Assembly: GCA_028534125.1 (NCBI GenBank)
Contig: CM052817.1
Coordinates: forward strand, 2,730,001-2,794,000
Direction of reading: 5' to 3'
Source: Lama glama
Taxonomy: Eukaryota
DNA length: 64,000 nt
Positions 1 to 11,705 of this stretch are shown piece after piece. The notes under the pieces are model-generated. The model made no database searches and was not told where the DNA came from. It saw only the letters and a program-made list of their open reading frames with translations. The translations under genes were made by a program, and so were the position numbers. How positions within the stretch are numbered: the stretch's first letter is position 1; the number at the start of each line of letters is the position of its first letter.

Positions 1-1391
1 CGGCCTTCCAGGGTTGGTCTGGTCTCCCGCTGAGGAGTCTGCCCCCCGGTTCTAGGAGTAACTCCCTGGAGGGCTGCGCTGTGAAAATACTCTTGGCTTA
101 ATTGAAGTTTTGGCTAAATGCCATTCCCTTCTTTCTGACTGAGGAGCCACATCGTCTCACCGGATGGGCCACGGCCTCGGGCGTGCTGCCCACACCAGCC
201 GGCCCGGCTGCCTGAGACAGGGCCTCGGTCCCCCTCTCCTCCCACTCCCACCCTCAGCTGGCAGGTGTCTGGACCACACAGCCCCTCTGTGTGCCAGCTC
301 TGTTCAGGGCACTGTCCTGCTGGGGCCGGAGCTTGGGAGGTGCTAACGGGTCCCAGTTCCCAGTGGCTCATGCTGGGCTGGACTAGGTGGGTGCCCAGGG
401 CACTGGCTAATGAGGCGCCTGCTCTCGGGTCAGGGGCGCAGACACAGGGCTGTGACCTGGGCATCGCAGGTGCAGCCTGATGCTGGGCCGCTGGCTGTGG
501 CCCCTGGGGCTTTGGGGCCCAGAGAGGGCAGAGGCATTTGGCCTGGGCTGCCGGGCAGTCTCCAACCTGCCACGAGTGTGGATGGAGGGTCACCCAACAC
601 TAGGGGCCTGGCCTCCTGCCCTTGGGCAGCCCAGGCCCCCTCCCCTCACCCAGCCCCCGTGTGCCTGCCTGGGCCCTGTCCCTGGCACTCCCAGGCCTGG
701 CACTCCTTCCCCGGCGCCATCGGCTAGCCTCTTACTTTCCTGAGAAGTCATGGACGAAGAATTCAGGCCTGTGATCTGCCTCCCTGTCCTCTCAGGTCTC
801 CCCAGTTGCGCCTCCCCCCAGGCTGACCCTCCTCCCGCCTCTCCACTTGCCCCTGCTGCTCCCCAACCACCAGCCACAGTCAGTGTCTCGCAACCCTCCT
901 GACTGTTTCCTGGTCGGGCTCAGTGCTGGGGCCCATGTCTGGGTGCCCAGCATGAGACAGACCCTGCCAGGATGCAGCACCTCCCCTCTCCCATGGGGTG
1001 TCACTCTTCTTCCCAGGGGGCTGCGCACTGTGTCTCCTCCTCTAGGAACCCGACTTGGGGGCCTGCATGGCTCCCGGGCCCCGTGTGGAGATTGGACCCC
1101 GGTGACCTGGCCCGGCCCCCAGGGAGCATTATCTCGACGTGGCGGGCATCACACCTTCATTTGCTCACTTGCGACCTCTGAGTCAGGCACCACTATGAGT
1201 CTGGGCTGCCGACGCTTGACCCTCACGCCAGCAGGGTGTGGTGAGAATCCACTCAGTGACTGGGGAGGATGGGAAGGAATGGACGGGAGCTGTGACCTGA
1301 CTCTGGTGAGATCAGACTGAGCCAGGTTTGGCTGTTGGGTTAAAAGACAGGCAGAAGCAGTCTGTGCGGTTAGAAGTCAGCACAGACGAGA

Positions 1392-1588
1392 GGAGGCTTT
1401 CCCAGCCTCAGCACTGTGCGCACTGGGGCCGGGTGATTCTGTCTGGGGACCATCCTGTGCATGGGATGCTGAGCCGCATCCCAGGCCTCTGACGCCAGCA
1501 GTCCACTCTCGGTTGTGACAACATATATGTCTGCACTCATTGCCCGGTGCCCCTGGGGCAACACTGCCCCTGCTGAGAGCCACTGGAC
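1392..1588. mobile_element. hAT DNA transposon, MER20-like
   Basis: ttcccagcctcagcactg...gttgtgacaac...attgcccggtgcccctgggg...gagagccactg pattern. Confidence 0.7.
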
Positions 1589-4500
1589 TAGAGGTTACCG
1601 TGGTAACGGGCAGCTCTGATACCATTTTCTTCCGGATCTGGGGCTGGGTACATGGCGTGTTCACCTTGTGAAAATTCACCAGCTGTCCCCTTATGATTAA
1701 AGCTGCTTTCTGCACATCCATTGTAGCCAGGAAAAAGTTCATTGAAAAAGGAATCACGGGAAAACAGGCTGAAGGACATGACGTCAGGTTTCAGGGTCTC
1801 CATCGCCAGCGAGCTCGAGGGTGTCCACAGGGCGCAGCGTCTCCATGAGCCCCCAGGGAATGAACCTGAGGGGCTTGGGAAACACAAAGATCTACACCCA
1901 GGAGGAGCTGGGTCCGTGCCCTCTGGCTGGGTGGGGGTGGGTGGGGCTCTTGTCCTGACCCCACCCTTTTAGGACATTACGGTGCTCTGAGCGCCCTGGG
2001 CCTTCCTGGCACACAGTAGGTCTCCGTAATGACACGAGGTGGGTGCAGCTTGTATGGCCGGGGGACACGCGCAGGGTGTTCGCTGAGGCTTCTTCTGCGC
2101 AGCTTCTTGCTGAGCGGCTTCCAAGCTTTAGTGAACAAAAGACAAACATTTCTTCATTCTTTTTATTTCAGTTAAAAACAAGCCTGGAAAGACAGGAAAT
2201 GATTAGTGCATTACGGAGTCTCTCTACCTGTCTGAAAATTAGGCAGGAATTACCATCTGTGCTTGAAGAAAGGCTTAGCCTTGTATATGAAGTGGGAAAG
2301 CAGGACTGAAAATACCTGCAGCGTGAGCTCAACGCAACAAGATTCAGACACAGAAAAAAGGATGAAATCAGGGGATAAACTGATACTCCGTGTTGGTGGT
2401 CTGGAAGCCTCGGGACTGTCGAGATGTCAGTTTCATAACTGCATCTGTAGGTTCAGTGCAACCCAGTCAAAGTCTCAGCCCGTTATTTTGGGGATGTCGG
2501 TAAAAGGCTTGGAAGACACACACTCCAACGTCAGCAGATATTGTCACTGCATCCTGACATCATGAGGAATTTTAATTGTTTTGTTTGTGCTTTTCTGATT
2601 TTTCTGCAATGAGCACGTGCTTCACTAGAACAGAGCAATGAAGATACATGCATTTTTAAGGGATAAATGCAGAAAGAAAGAAGAGTGAGCAGAGAGGAGC
2701 CGGGCAGATGAGTTTAGCAGCAGAGCCTTTTGGAGTTGGCTAGCCGGACCAGACCCAGGAGCGTCACTGGGGCCAGCTGTCAAATGTCTCCTTCCCGGGG
2801 TCTGGGAGCCCCCGTCCAAGGGCTCTAATGGGGAAACAGCCCCACAGAGAAATCCGACTCAGGCTGGCCGGGGGTCTGGGCCTCTCTGCGTTTTACATCT
2901 GCAGAGATGGAACAGCTGGGAGGCAGCCTTTTACTACAGTCTGCACGGGCCGAGAGGGGATTGTTTCTCCAGCTGGGGTTCTTTCTTTTTAAAGGCTTTT
3001 AAAGTAGATGATGGGGTAGATACTGTTGAAAAAACCAACTGCAGTTCCTCATGGTTAGGTCCCCAGTTCCCAGAGACCACAGCGGAAAGGCCCAAGGACT
3101 GTTAAGGGCTTGCTCCTCAAACTCTGCTCAGCATTTAAGGCCTTTCTCTAGCGCCACCTCCTCCAGGAAGCCCTCTGACTTCCTGGGCCACAGCACTTGA
3201 GCCCTTGCCTAGAATCCTAATGTACTTGACCTGCCCCGTGGGGGGTCCCTGAGAGACTGTGTGGAGCACACCTCGAGGGGCCCCGCTGAGGTATGAGGAA
3301 GCTGCCGTTACCCGCTGGCCGGTCTTTCAGCCTGAGATCGCTGCGGGCAGGCAGCAGAGGCGGCCCTTGGCTGGGGTGACAAGCCCGTCAGCAGGCGGGC
3401 TGGCCTAGGGGTGGGGATGGGGCACCGCCACACCTACTCCATGTCCCGGGACAACCACAGGACCCCTGAGGTTGTGCCCCCGTGGCTAGCCTGGGGCGGC
3501 ATTTGGTGCACAGCCTGGGCGGAGGACCCAGAGGGCCGCCTGCTTCTTCCCTGAGCCCCGCTCTCCTCCGGACCAGAGCAGGTACTCTGGAGGTCTGACG
3601 AAGAAAACAGAGCCAGGAGGGCCCGTGCCAGCTCTGGCCCCATCCCAGGAAGGCAACAAACTTTCACACATTCAACAAGTATTTATCAGCAGCCCGGTAT
3701 CTGTGAGGCCCTGAACCTGAGGCTGCCAGAGGCTGGCAGTGGCTCAGAGACGCCGAGTCGAAGTGGGTCCCTCAGTCCCCAAAGAGCAGGCTCAGGCTCA
3801 GGTGTGCGAGGGGTGCTGGCTCTGCCGGGAGCATGTGCGGGAGCTCACAGCTTGACTTTGGAATCAGATAGACCCAGGCTCATATTCCAGCTCTGCCACC
3901 TTCGTGCTGCGTGGCCTGGACCCACCACTTAACCTCTCTGAGCACGTCTCCTTGTCTGAAAAAGTGAGAAACAAACGGTTACAGAATCATCAGAGGATTC
4001 CATGCCACCCGGACATCAAGTGCTCAGAGCAGAGCCTTCCATGTGGTGAGTGGTCAGCACAGTGTCGCTGTGATAATGGGTTGTTAGATGGGGCCGTCCC
4101 TGACCAGAATTTTGTGTCTGACAGCAAAGTGGGCTAGATGCCCACCCCTTCTAGAGAAGGAGCCAGACCTCTGTCTGCAGGGGTAACTAGGTGTGATCGA
4201 GGGGTCCTGGCCATACCAACCTTAGCTGTGACCCGTTTTTGGTGAATGTAGTTGAGAGACCGGGGGGGGGGGATGTGTTGGGGAGAGCTGGCCAGGAGCT
4301 GTGCACCACCATCCTTGGGTGAGAGGAGAGGGATGTGCAGGCCCCCAGCCAGGTGAGGGGCTTGGAAAGAACCACCTGTTTGCCGAGAGATGCTCTCTGA
4401 GCATCTGCGTAGGGGACCTGCCTAGGGCAGGATCCAGGGAGGTGACAACAGTTTTCCCAGGGTCAGCCCTGTGAGGGTCTCATTAGCTATGGAATGAGCG

Positions 4501-4957
4501 GCCCCTCCCATGCATGCCTGTAGTTTTGCACAAATGTGTGTTTCTCTAGGATGGATTTCTGGGTCGGAGGGATGTGAATTTAACCCTCTAGTAGACAGAT
4601 GGACCAAACTGTCCTGCAAGAAGTTCACTGGCCCGTGGTGAATGGTCTGAGCACAGCCGGTCTCCCCACCGGGCCTGCAGCTCTGCCAGTGACGGTAGGA
4701 TGGCATTCCATGCTGGTTGTCACCCTCCATCCCCCTTTCCCAGAGACACTGGCCCCTTACCTCGTGCCTGCAGACACTTGTGCATCCTCTGTGTGATGTG
4801 CCCAGCCGTGTCCCCCTGCAGGCAGGCAGGGGACTTTAGGCCACTCTGAGGGCAGACCCCTGCCTGGGCACTGAGCACGTCCCCCCTCTGGGAAGCATCA
4901 GTGACACTCCCTGGGGCTCTGATGATGGGAGGCAGGGCTCCAAGGCCAGGCTTCCAC

Positions 4958-5457
4958 NNNNNNNNNNNNNNNNNNNNNNNNNNNNNNNNNNNNNNNNNNN
5001 NNNNNNNNNNNNNNNNNNNNNNNNNNNNNNNNNNNNNNNNNNNNNNNNNNNNNNNNNNNNNNNNNNNNNNNNNNNNNNNNNNNNNNNNNNNNNNNNNNNN
5101 NNNNNNNNNNNNNNNNNNNNNNNNNNNNNNNNNNNNNNNNNNNNNNNNNNNNNNNNNNNNNNNNNNNNNNNNNNNNNNNNNNNNNNNNNNNNNNNNNNNN
5201 NNNNNNNNNNNNNNNNNNNNNNNNNNNNNNNNNNNNNNNNNNNNNNNNNNNNNNNNNNNNNNNNNNNNNNNNNNNNNNNNNNNNNNNNNNNNNNNNNNNN
5301 NNNNNNNNNNNNNNNNNNNNNNNNNNNNNNNNNNNNNNNNNNNNNNNNNNNNNNNNNNNNNNNNNNNNNNNNNNNNNNNNNNNNNNNNNNNNNNNNNNNN
5401 NNNNNNNNNNNNNNNNNNNNNNNNNNNNNNNNNNNNNNNNNNNNNNNNNNNNNNNNN
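4958..5457. other. Assembly gap (500 N)
   Basis: Run of N flanked by an identical 199-bp duplication. Confidence 0.99.
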
Positions 5458-6254
5458 ACCTCGTGCCTGCAGACACTTGTGCATCCTCTGTGTGATGTGC
5501 CCAGCCGTGTCCCCCTGCAGGCAGGCAGGGGACTTTAGGCCACTCTGAGGGCAGACCCCTGCCTGGGCACTGAGCACGTCCCCCCTCTGGGAAGCATCAG
5601 TGACACTCCCTGGGGCTCTGATGATGGGAGGCAGGGCTCCAAGGCCAGGCTTCCACAGGAGCTGGAGCAGGGAGCCGGCACCCACAGCCTGTGCGGCCGA
5701 CGGCCAGGGGCAAGTCAGCCTAGGCCTCTCACTGGACAACCAACTTCCCTGAGGGCCAGAGGCCTGTAGGCAAGAGGGCGGAAGGTAACCTGGGGCCTTG
5801 ACTCCACGTGAATTATTTAAGAACAACACTCAGGAAAAACTGAGGCAGAAAAATTGTCCCAGTTTGAGAAAGACTTCATTTTCTAGACTCTAAAAGTCCA
5901 AGCCCAGATGCCTCATTTCACAGATGGGGAAACTGAGGCTTTGGGAGGGGCATAGGTTTGTCCTGGGAAGGCCGGGAAGAAGGACAGTTGGATCTGGCAT
6001 CAGCGCAGGAGGTGGAGGCCGGGGGGCGGGGAGGGCTGGTGCTGGGCCATGTTTAACAACTGGCACTGCTGCGGGGTGGGGGGCTCTGACTTGTGGTATC
6101 TGCCAGCTTCCATGTGTTACTTCTTCCCCTGTGGCCAATTTCGAGCCACCAGTAAGGCTGTGATGTGCCTTCCCTACCTTGTTCCCAAAGAAACCTTCAG
6201 TAAATTTCGTATTTCTCTCTTACGGTTTGTGAGAGGATTCTTCTTGAGAAATAC

Positions 6255-6440
6255 TGATGATGATGGTGGTGATGGTGATGATGGTGGTGATGGTGATGGT
6301 GGTGTGATGAGGGTGTTGGTCATGAGGGTGGTGATGAAGGTGATGATCGTGGTAGTGATTATGATGAGGACGGTGTAGTGGGGATTTTGATGAGGAGGAG
6401 GGTGATGGTGATGATGAGGTGATGGTTTTGGTGATGATGG
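6255..6440. repeat. (GAT/GGT)n degenerate trinucleotide repeat
   Basis: gatgatgatggtggtgatggtgatgatggtggtgatg... Confidence 0.9.
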
Positions 6441-8419
6441 CTACTAATACTCTGGGGACACTTACTAAGTCCCAAGCAGAGTTTTAGTTTTACCTTACCT
6501 GCGCCATCCCATTTATTCCTGATGAAACCTAAGTGTACACCATTATTGTCCCCAGCATGAGTCCCTTGTCCCCGTTACCCAGGTGAAAGGGCACTTTACG
6601 TGGGTACACGTGTTCAAGGGCAGCAAGGATGGGGGAGCCTGGATAGTCTAAGCTTCACAACCACCCTGTGAGGAGGATTGTTGTTCTGCTTTCCAGGTGC
6701 AGAAACTGAGGCCCAGAGAGGGAGACGGGCTTGCCTGAGGTCACAGAGCTGGGGATACAGCGACAAAGTGAGAAGTCAGGTGGGCCTGACTCAAAGCTTT
6801 CCCTGAGCACCTAGGCCAAGTGCTAAGAAGGCATAGAAGAATCAGACAGACCTAGCCCTGCCCTTGAGAAGCTCACAGTCTCATGGCGAGATAGGCAGGA
6901 AAACTGGCAGCAGGTGAGGGTTAAGAAGGCCACCCCAGATGAGGAGTCGGGAAGGCTTCCTGGAAGAGGCAGCCTTTGGTCCTGGGGAGAAGCAGAGGTC
7001 TGCTCAGATGGGGGCTCAGGGAGGCCGGCGGGCAGGGTCTTGTGTGTGCTCTCCTCCCATCCTCAGCCGGGGCTCCATCCTGACCCCCTAAACCTGCCTC
7101 TGGCCATGCAGAGTGCCGGCCTCTCCAGCCACTTCACCCAGACCTATTTTTAGACCCAGTTCAGCGCTAAACACAAACACATTGTCAAGAGAATGGCCAA
7201 CTTGGATCCTGTCCACGAGCAGCCTTCTCTGCGACACCAAAATAGAAAATGTCTCTGTTTGCGGGTGACATGGGCTGCTGGCCGAGGCTTCGGCTTGAGT
7301 GGACGGGGGCCAGGTCACCGCCCAGCCCTCGGATGATCCGGGCACATCAGTGCTTCCTACCCAAATACAGTATAAAAATGCGTGCAGAAGCGTGTTGCTG
7401 TTAGTCTTGCAAAAAGGCAACTTCTGCCTGGGGCAGCCCCCGGTGCCAGGCATGTGGGAGCAGGCAGGCTCAGGAGAGCGCGTGGTCCTGCCTGCTGAAG
7501 GGAGCATGCTTGAGACAGTGCATCATTATCACTGCTTTTCAGAGTCAGACGTCCCCCGGCTGTGGGAGCCGGGAGCTCCGGACCGTCTCGGTAACACAAA
7601 GCGCACAACCCCGTCACTTACTGCAGGCTCACTGAGGGCCGGCGCGAGGCGGACACTTGACCTGCACCCTCTCTCCATCCACATCACCACCCCATGGGAT
7701 GGATACTTTCCCATCTCATTTCGTAGATGGGAAAATGGAGGCTTAGACAGGGTACGCTATTTGCCTTAGCAGTTAGTAAGTGGGAGGTTTGGTATTTGAA
7801 AGTCGGTCTGTTGAACCCCAAAAGCCATGGGCTTAATTTTTCCAAGATGCGGTTTCTCTGTCTTTCAGCATTTCCTCCGTCTTTCATCCTCAAAGGACAG
7901 CACAAATGTCACCTCCTCCAGGAAGCACACCCTGCCTGTCAGGCCAGCTTGCATGCTTTTTGTCTCAGAGCAGTGGTCACACTGAGATTCCTTCCCTGCC
8001 AGACTGAGAGCCCCTTGAGGCCAGAGCCTGTGTAGAGTCGCCTCTGTTCTCACTCAGGATAGCTCTGGGGACGCAACGAATGAATGAATTTTTCACTCTG
8101 TAAGGGAGGAAGGGCCAGCGGGCAGGACAGTGTGATGCCCAGGGCCTGGATTCCGGGGTCGGAGTGACTTGGCTCTCATCCCCCTGCTGCCAGGTTTCAG
8201 ACAGCAGAGCTCCGCCCAGGGCTCCCCGGGGCATCCAACCAGGCAGACAGCATCTCGCACCCTTAGTGCCCATCTGGCGCACGTCCCGGGCTCCACACAC
8301 AACTGACCTCATTGGTATTGAGACCCAGACCACAGTTCCACCAGAACGAGGGCAAAACGGACTTGCCTCTTGGTCTGATCCTCGGACAGGTGGTACCCAA
8401 TGTGCCCGGGGTGACTTCC

Positions 8420-8830
8420 TTTTCACTTTTTAAAACTGGGGTGAAATATATATATAACCAACTTTGCCATGTTAACAACTAAAAATAGTTGTACTGTGAT
8501 AAAATCAACATAGCTTAACACTTACCATCCTGACTGTATTTTGAAGCGTCCAGCTCTGGGGCGTTAAGTACGTGCACATCGTTGTGCAGCCGTCGCCCCC
8601 ACCTGTGGAAACTGCAGCTCTGCCCCCGGGAAGCAGCACCTGCCCCCGCCCCGGCCCCGCACCCACCGCTCGGCTCCGTCCCGGGGGAGCTGACTGCTCC
8701 AGGGGCCTCACGCGAGGGCCAGCGGGCAGGGTTTGCCCTCTGCAGCCGGCTCACTTCACTGAGCGCGCCGTGCTCGGGGCTCGCCCATGTCGCAGCAGGC
8801 GTCAGAATCTTCTTCCTTTTTTTTCGTATA
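8420..8830 (-). mobile_element. Old L1M 3' end fragment, GC-enriched
   Basis: taaaatcaacatagcttaacacttaccatc and ttcactgagc motifs of the L1M 3' UTR. It appears to resume after the SINE at about 9180. Confidence 0.6.
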
Positions 8831-9044
8831 GCAGATCTTCATTTTATTTATTTTTTTAAGCCAAAGTTCAGAGTTTAAAGAACTCTTGATGAATGTGTTT
8901 TTATTTTTATTAACACCTTTATTATGTTATGATTCCTGTACGGTAAACTACACATGTTTCAGATGTAAAAGTTGATGAATTTTGATCAAGGTTCCATTTT
9001 ATTTTATGTTATTCTATTTTAAAGGGACTGAGATGACCCCTTTT

Positions 9045-9175
9045 TATTATTTTTTTGTTTTTTGAGGGGAGGTAATTAGGGTTTTTTATTGATTTATTTT
9101 AATAGAGATACCGGGATCGAACCCGGGGCCCTGCACACGCTCAGCACACGCTCTACCCTGCGCTTCACCCCCCAC
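9045..9175 (-). mobile_element. tRNA-derived SINE (camelid Vic-1-like)
   Basis: T-rich tail, gggaggtaattagg, and gggatcgaacccgggg (B box on the minus strand). Reverse-complement similar to the copy at 10540. Confidence 0.75.
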
Positions 9176-10054
9176 TTCTCTTCCTTCTTAGCGCTGAGTC
9201 ATATCCTGTTGTGTGGAGGGACTACATTTTGTCTATCTAACCTTCTCTCCATGCACACTGGGGCTGCCTGGGGTGTGATTTTTGTCAGGAAATCTATCAC
9301 CGACTATGGGGACAGTCCATGGAAAGGTTGTGACAAGTGATCCAGTGAGTCAGCCAACTCAGCGACCGCTGCCCAGTGAGCGCGTGGGCCCTGGGCTCTG
9401 TGTGGGCTGCGTACGCAGGCAACCGTGTGCACGTCCTGGGTGTGGATTTGCACGCACTTAGACCCACGTACGTGTGTGCGGGGGCGCGGGTGTCCATGTG
9501 GTGGTCACACGGAGCTGGACAGCAGGGTGAGTGAGCTAGGCAGCTGCTAGCTGGAGGCAGCAGGCCATAGGAGGTGTGGGAACACTGCTGGAAATGAAAC
9601 AACTTCATGGAAATTGCATCTGTCCAAGCTCTTGGTAGAAAGGCACGCGGGTGAGTTTGGAGCGGGTGTTCAGGGAGGAGAGTGACAGCCCCTCGAGCGG
9701 GATCACAAACCCCTGTGAAGGGCCAGACGGCAGATACTTCAGACTTTACACAACATTTGCAGCCCCTGTTGGTCTTCTGTGGCCCATTCCTCCCCCAACC
9801 CCTTTAACATGCCAAAGACAAAAAGGTCTTAAAAGCCTCCAGAGAGAAAAGACCAGTTCCCCACAAGGAGTGATGGTTGTACATGCGTCCGCGGCCACGG
9901 CAGCAGACCCACCGCAAAGCCAACGGGCTGGTGGCTCCGGTGGGTCCGGTGGGTCAGATGCTGGAGACTGGAGCGGTTGTCTGCGGCGTGTTTGGGGATT
10001 TCGGTATTTGAAAGATGAACATCTGAAACAAATGCATCAGAAGGCTACCATTCA

Positions 10055-10155
10055 ACAGGGCCGGGGACAGGGCCGGGAGGTAGGGCTGCGGGGGTAGGGC
10101 CAGGGGACAGGGCCGGGGGACAGGGCCGGGGGGACAGGGCCGGGGGACAGGGCCG
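10055..10155. repeat. G-rich minisatellite, unit about ACAGGGCCGGGG(G)
   Basis: About 8 degenerate copies of a 12-14-bp unit. Confidence 0.85.
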
Positions 10156-10540
10156 TTCCCTGTGCCCGGAGCCATGGATCTGCACGCTCACAGCCTCAAG
10201 CTCAAGGCTGACCCCGACAAGCGTTGGTGAGGGCGCAGAGCAATGGGAGCTCTCACCACTCTGTGGCGCATACAAGCTAGTAAAACCACTTTGAAAGCTT
10301 ACATTTCTACCCAAATGGGATCTACATACACCCAACGACCTAGCGGTTTCCCCTGCAGGAATGTGTCCAGCACAATCCCCTGCCCAGTGGCCGGAGACGC
10401 AGACACAGATGCTCCCGTCCATGGGGGGAGCCACGGCTCGGGCTGGAGGCAGCCTGGACGTCCAGCAGGAGACCGGCGTTCGTGGACTGGGGGGCAGTGA
10501 CCACCGCAGCTGTGCAGCACTGTGGAGGAGCCTCACAAGC

Positions 10541-10670
10541 AAGAATGGGGGTGCGGGTCTTGGGGGGAGGGTACAGCTCAGTGGTAAACCACGTGCTTAG
10601 CGTGCACAGGGTTCAGTCCCCAGCACCTCCATTAATACACAAGTAAGTAAGTAAACCTAATCACTCCCCA
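10541..10670 (+). mobile_element. tRNA-derived SINE (camelid Vic-1-like)
   Basis: ggggagggtacagctcagtggta (A box), gggttcagtccccagcacctcc (B box), then taaacctaatcactcccc. Confidence 0.8.
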
Positions 10671-11319
10671 TGACATTTCTTTAAAAGAGTGGGGAGAACC
10701 TCCTTTGAAATGAGGGGTGGAAGTGGGATGGAGGCCAAGGTGGGTGGGGGTCCATTTCCCCTGGCGGCTCGCTTGGCCTGGGGTGTCCCTGGAGCTTGGA
10801 GAGGGTCCCGGGGTGAGGCTTGGTGATTCCAAGTGGGTAGAGGGACAGCATGTGGCCAGCTTCGTTGGCACGGACACCTGCAGGGGGCTTTGTCCTGGGG
10901 CGTGGAGAAACTTGTGGCAGCGAGGAAAGTGGGGTCTCCTCTGCCCGACCCCATCGTCTTGTCCCCCCCTCTCCACATTTCACACCCCTGGGCATCTTGG
11001 CATTCCCCGATATGGAATTTGGCGGTCGGGCTTGTGGATGTGGCGGGCGTGGGCATTCTAGGACTCAGATGAACTCGGGTTCACAAGCCCCACCTAACTG
11101 GAGTGTGTTCCCTGGCACCTGCCATGCTGCGGGCCCTGGGGTGGCTCTGAGGAAAGGCTGTGATTCAGAGAAGGGCACGAGCCCCTGGAGCCGTCATTCG
11201 GAGGGGGATGCGGTCAGCACACAGCGGAGCAGTGCAGTGGGCCGGATGCGGGAGACAGGGGCCTCCCTGGGGACCTGGCGTGGCCGGGCGCGGGCGTCCT
11301 GGAGGGAGTGGACGGATGG

Positions 11320-11705
11320 GATTCCTGTCGCTGCTACAACAACTCACCACAAAGGTAATGGCTTAAAACAGTGCTACTGAGGTTCAGTGTCACTGGCTGA
11401 AGTCCTGGTGTGGGCGGGGCTGATTGCTCCTGCGGGGTTCCAGGAGAGATCCCACTTCCTCATCTTTTCCTGAAGCGCCCTCGGTCTTTAGTCCCTTCCT
11501 CATGTCACCCCAACCTCTTGCTCCCATGGTCACGTCTTCTGGTCTGACTCCCCTGATTCTCTGTAATAAGGACCCTGTGATCACAGATCGTCCAGGGTGA
11601 CCTCCCATCTCAGACCTTGCACTTGATCACAGCTGCAAGGCCCCCCTGGCCACGTAGGTTCTGGGGTTATGACGTGCACAGCTTTGGGGACTTCTTCAGC
11701 GCATC
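11320..11705 (-). mobile_element. MaLR LTR (MLT1-like)
   Basis: gctgctacaacaactcaccacaaaggtaatggcttaaaaca and aaggaccctgtgatcaca are reverse MLT1 motifs. Confidence 0.7.

Noticed and set aside
2043..2565. Possible terminal exon of a neighbouring gene such as ACOX3 (tttttatttcag acceptor at about 2171)
   Set aside because: The translation does not match the recalled ACOX3 C-terminus (ending SKL), and adjacent sequence resembles a decayed L1 ORF2 fragment.
4720..5829. 369-aa ORF with an internal repeat
   Set aside because: Artefact of the N gap and its duplicated flanks.
10541..10640. tRNA gene
   Set aside because: A and B boxes are present, but there is no complete cloverleaf and a SINE-type tail follows. 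It is a tRNA-derived SINE.
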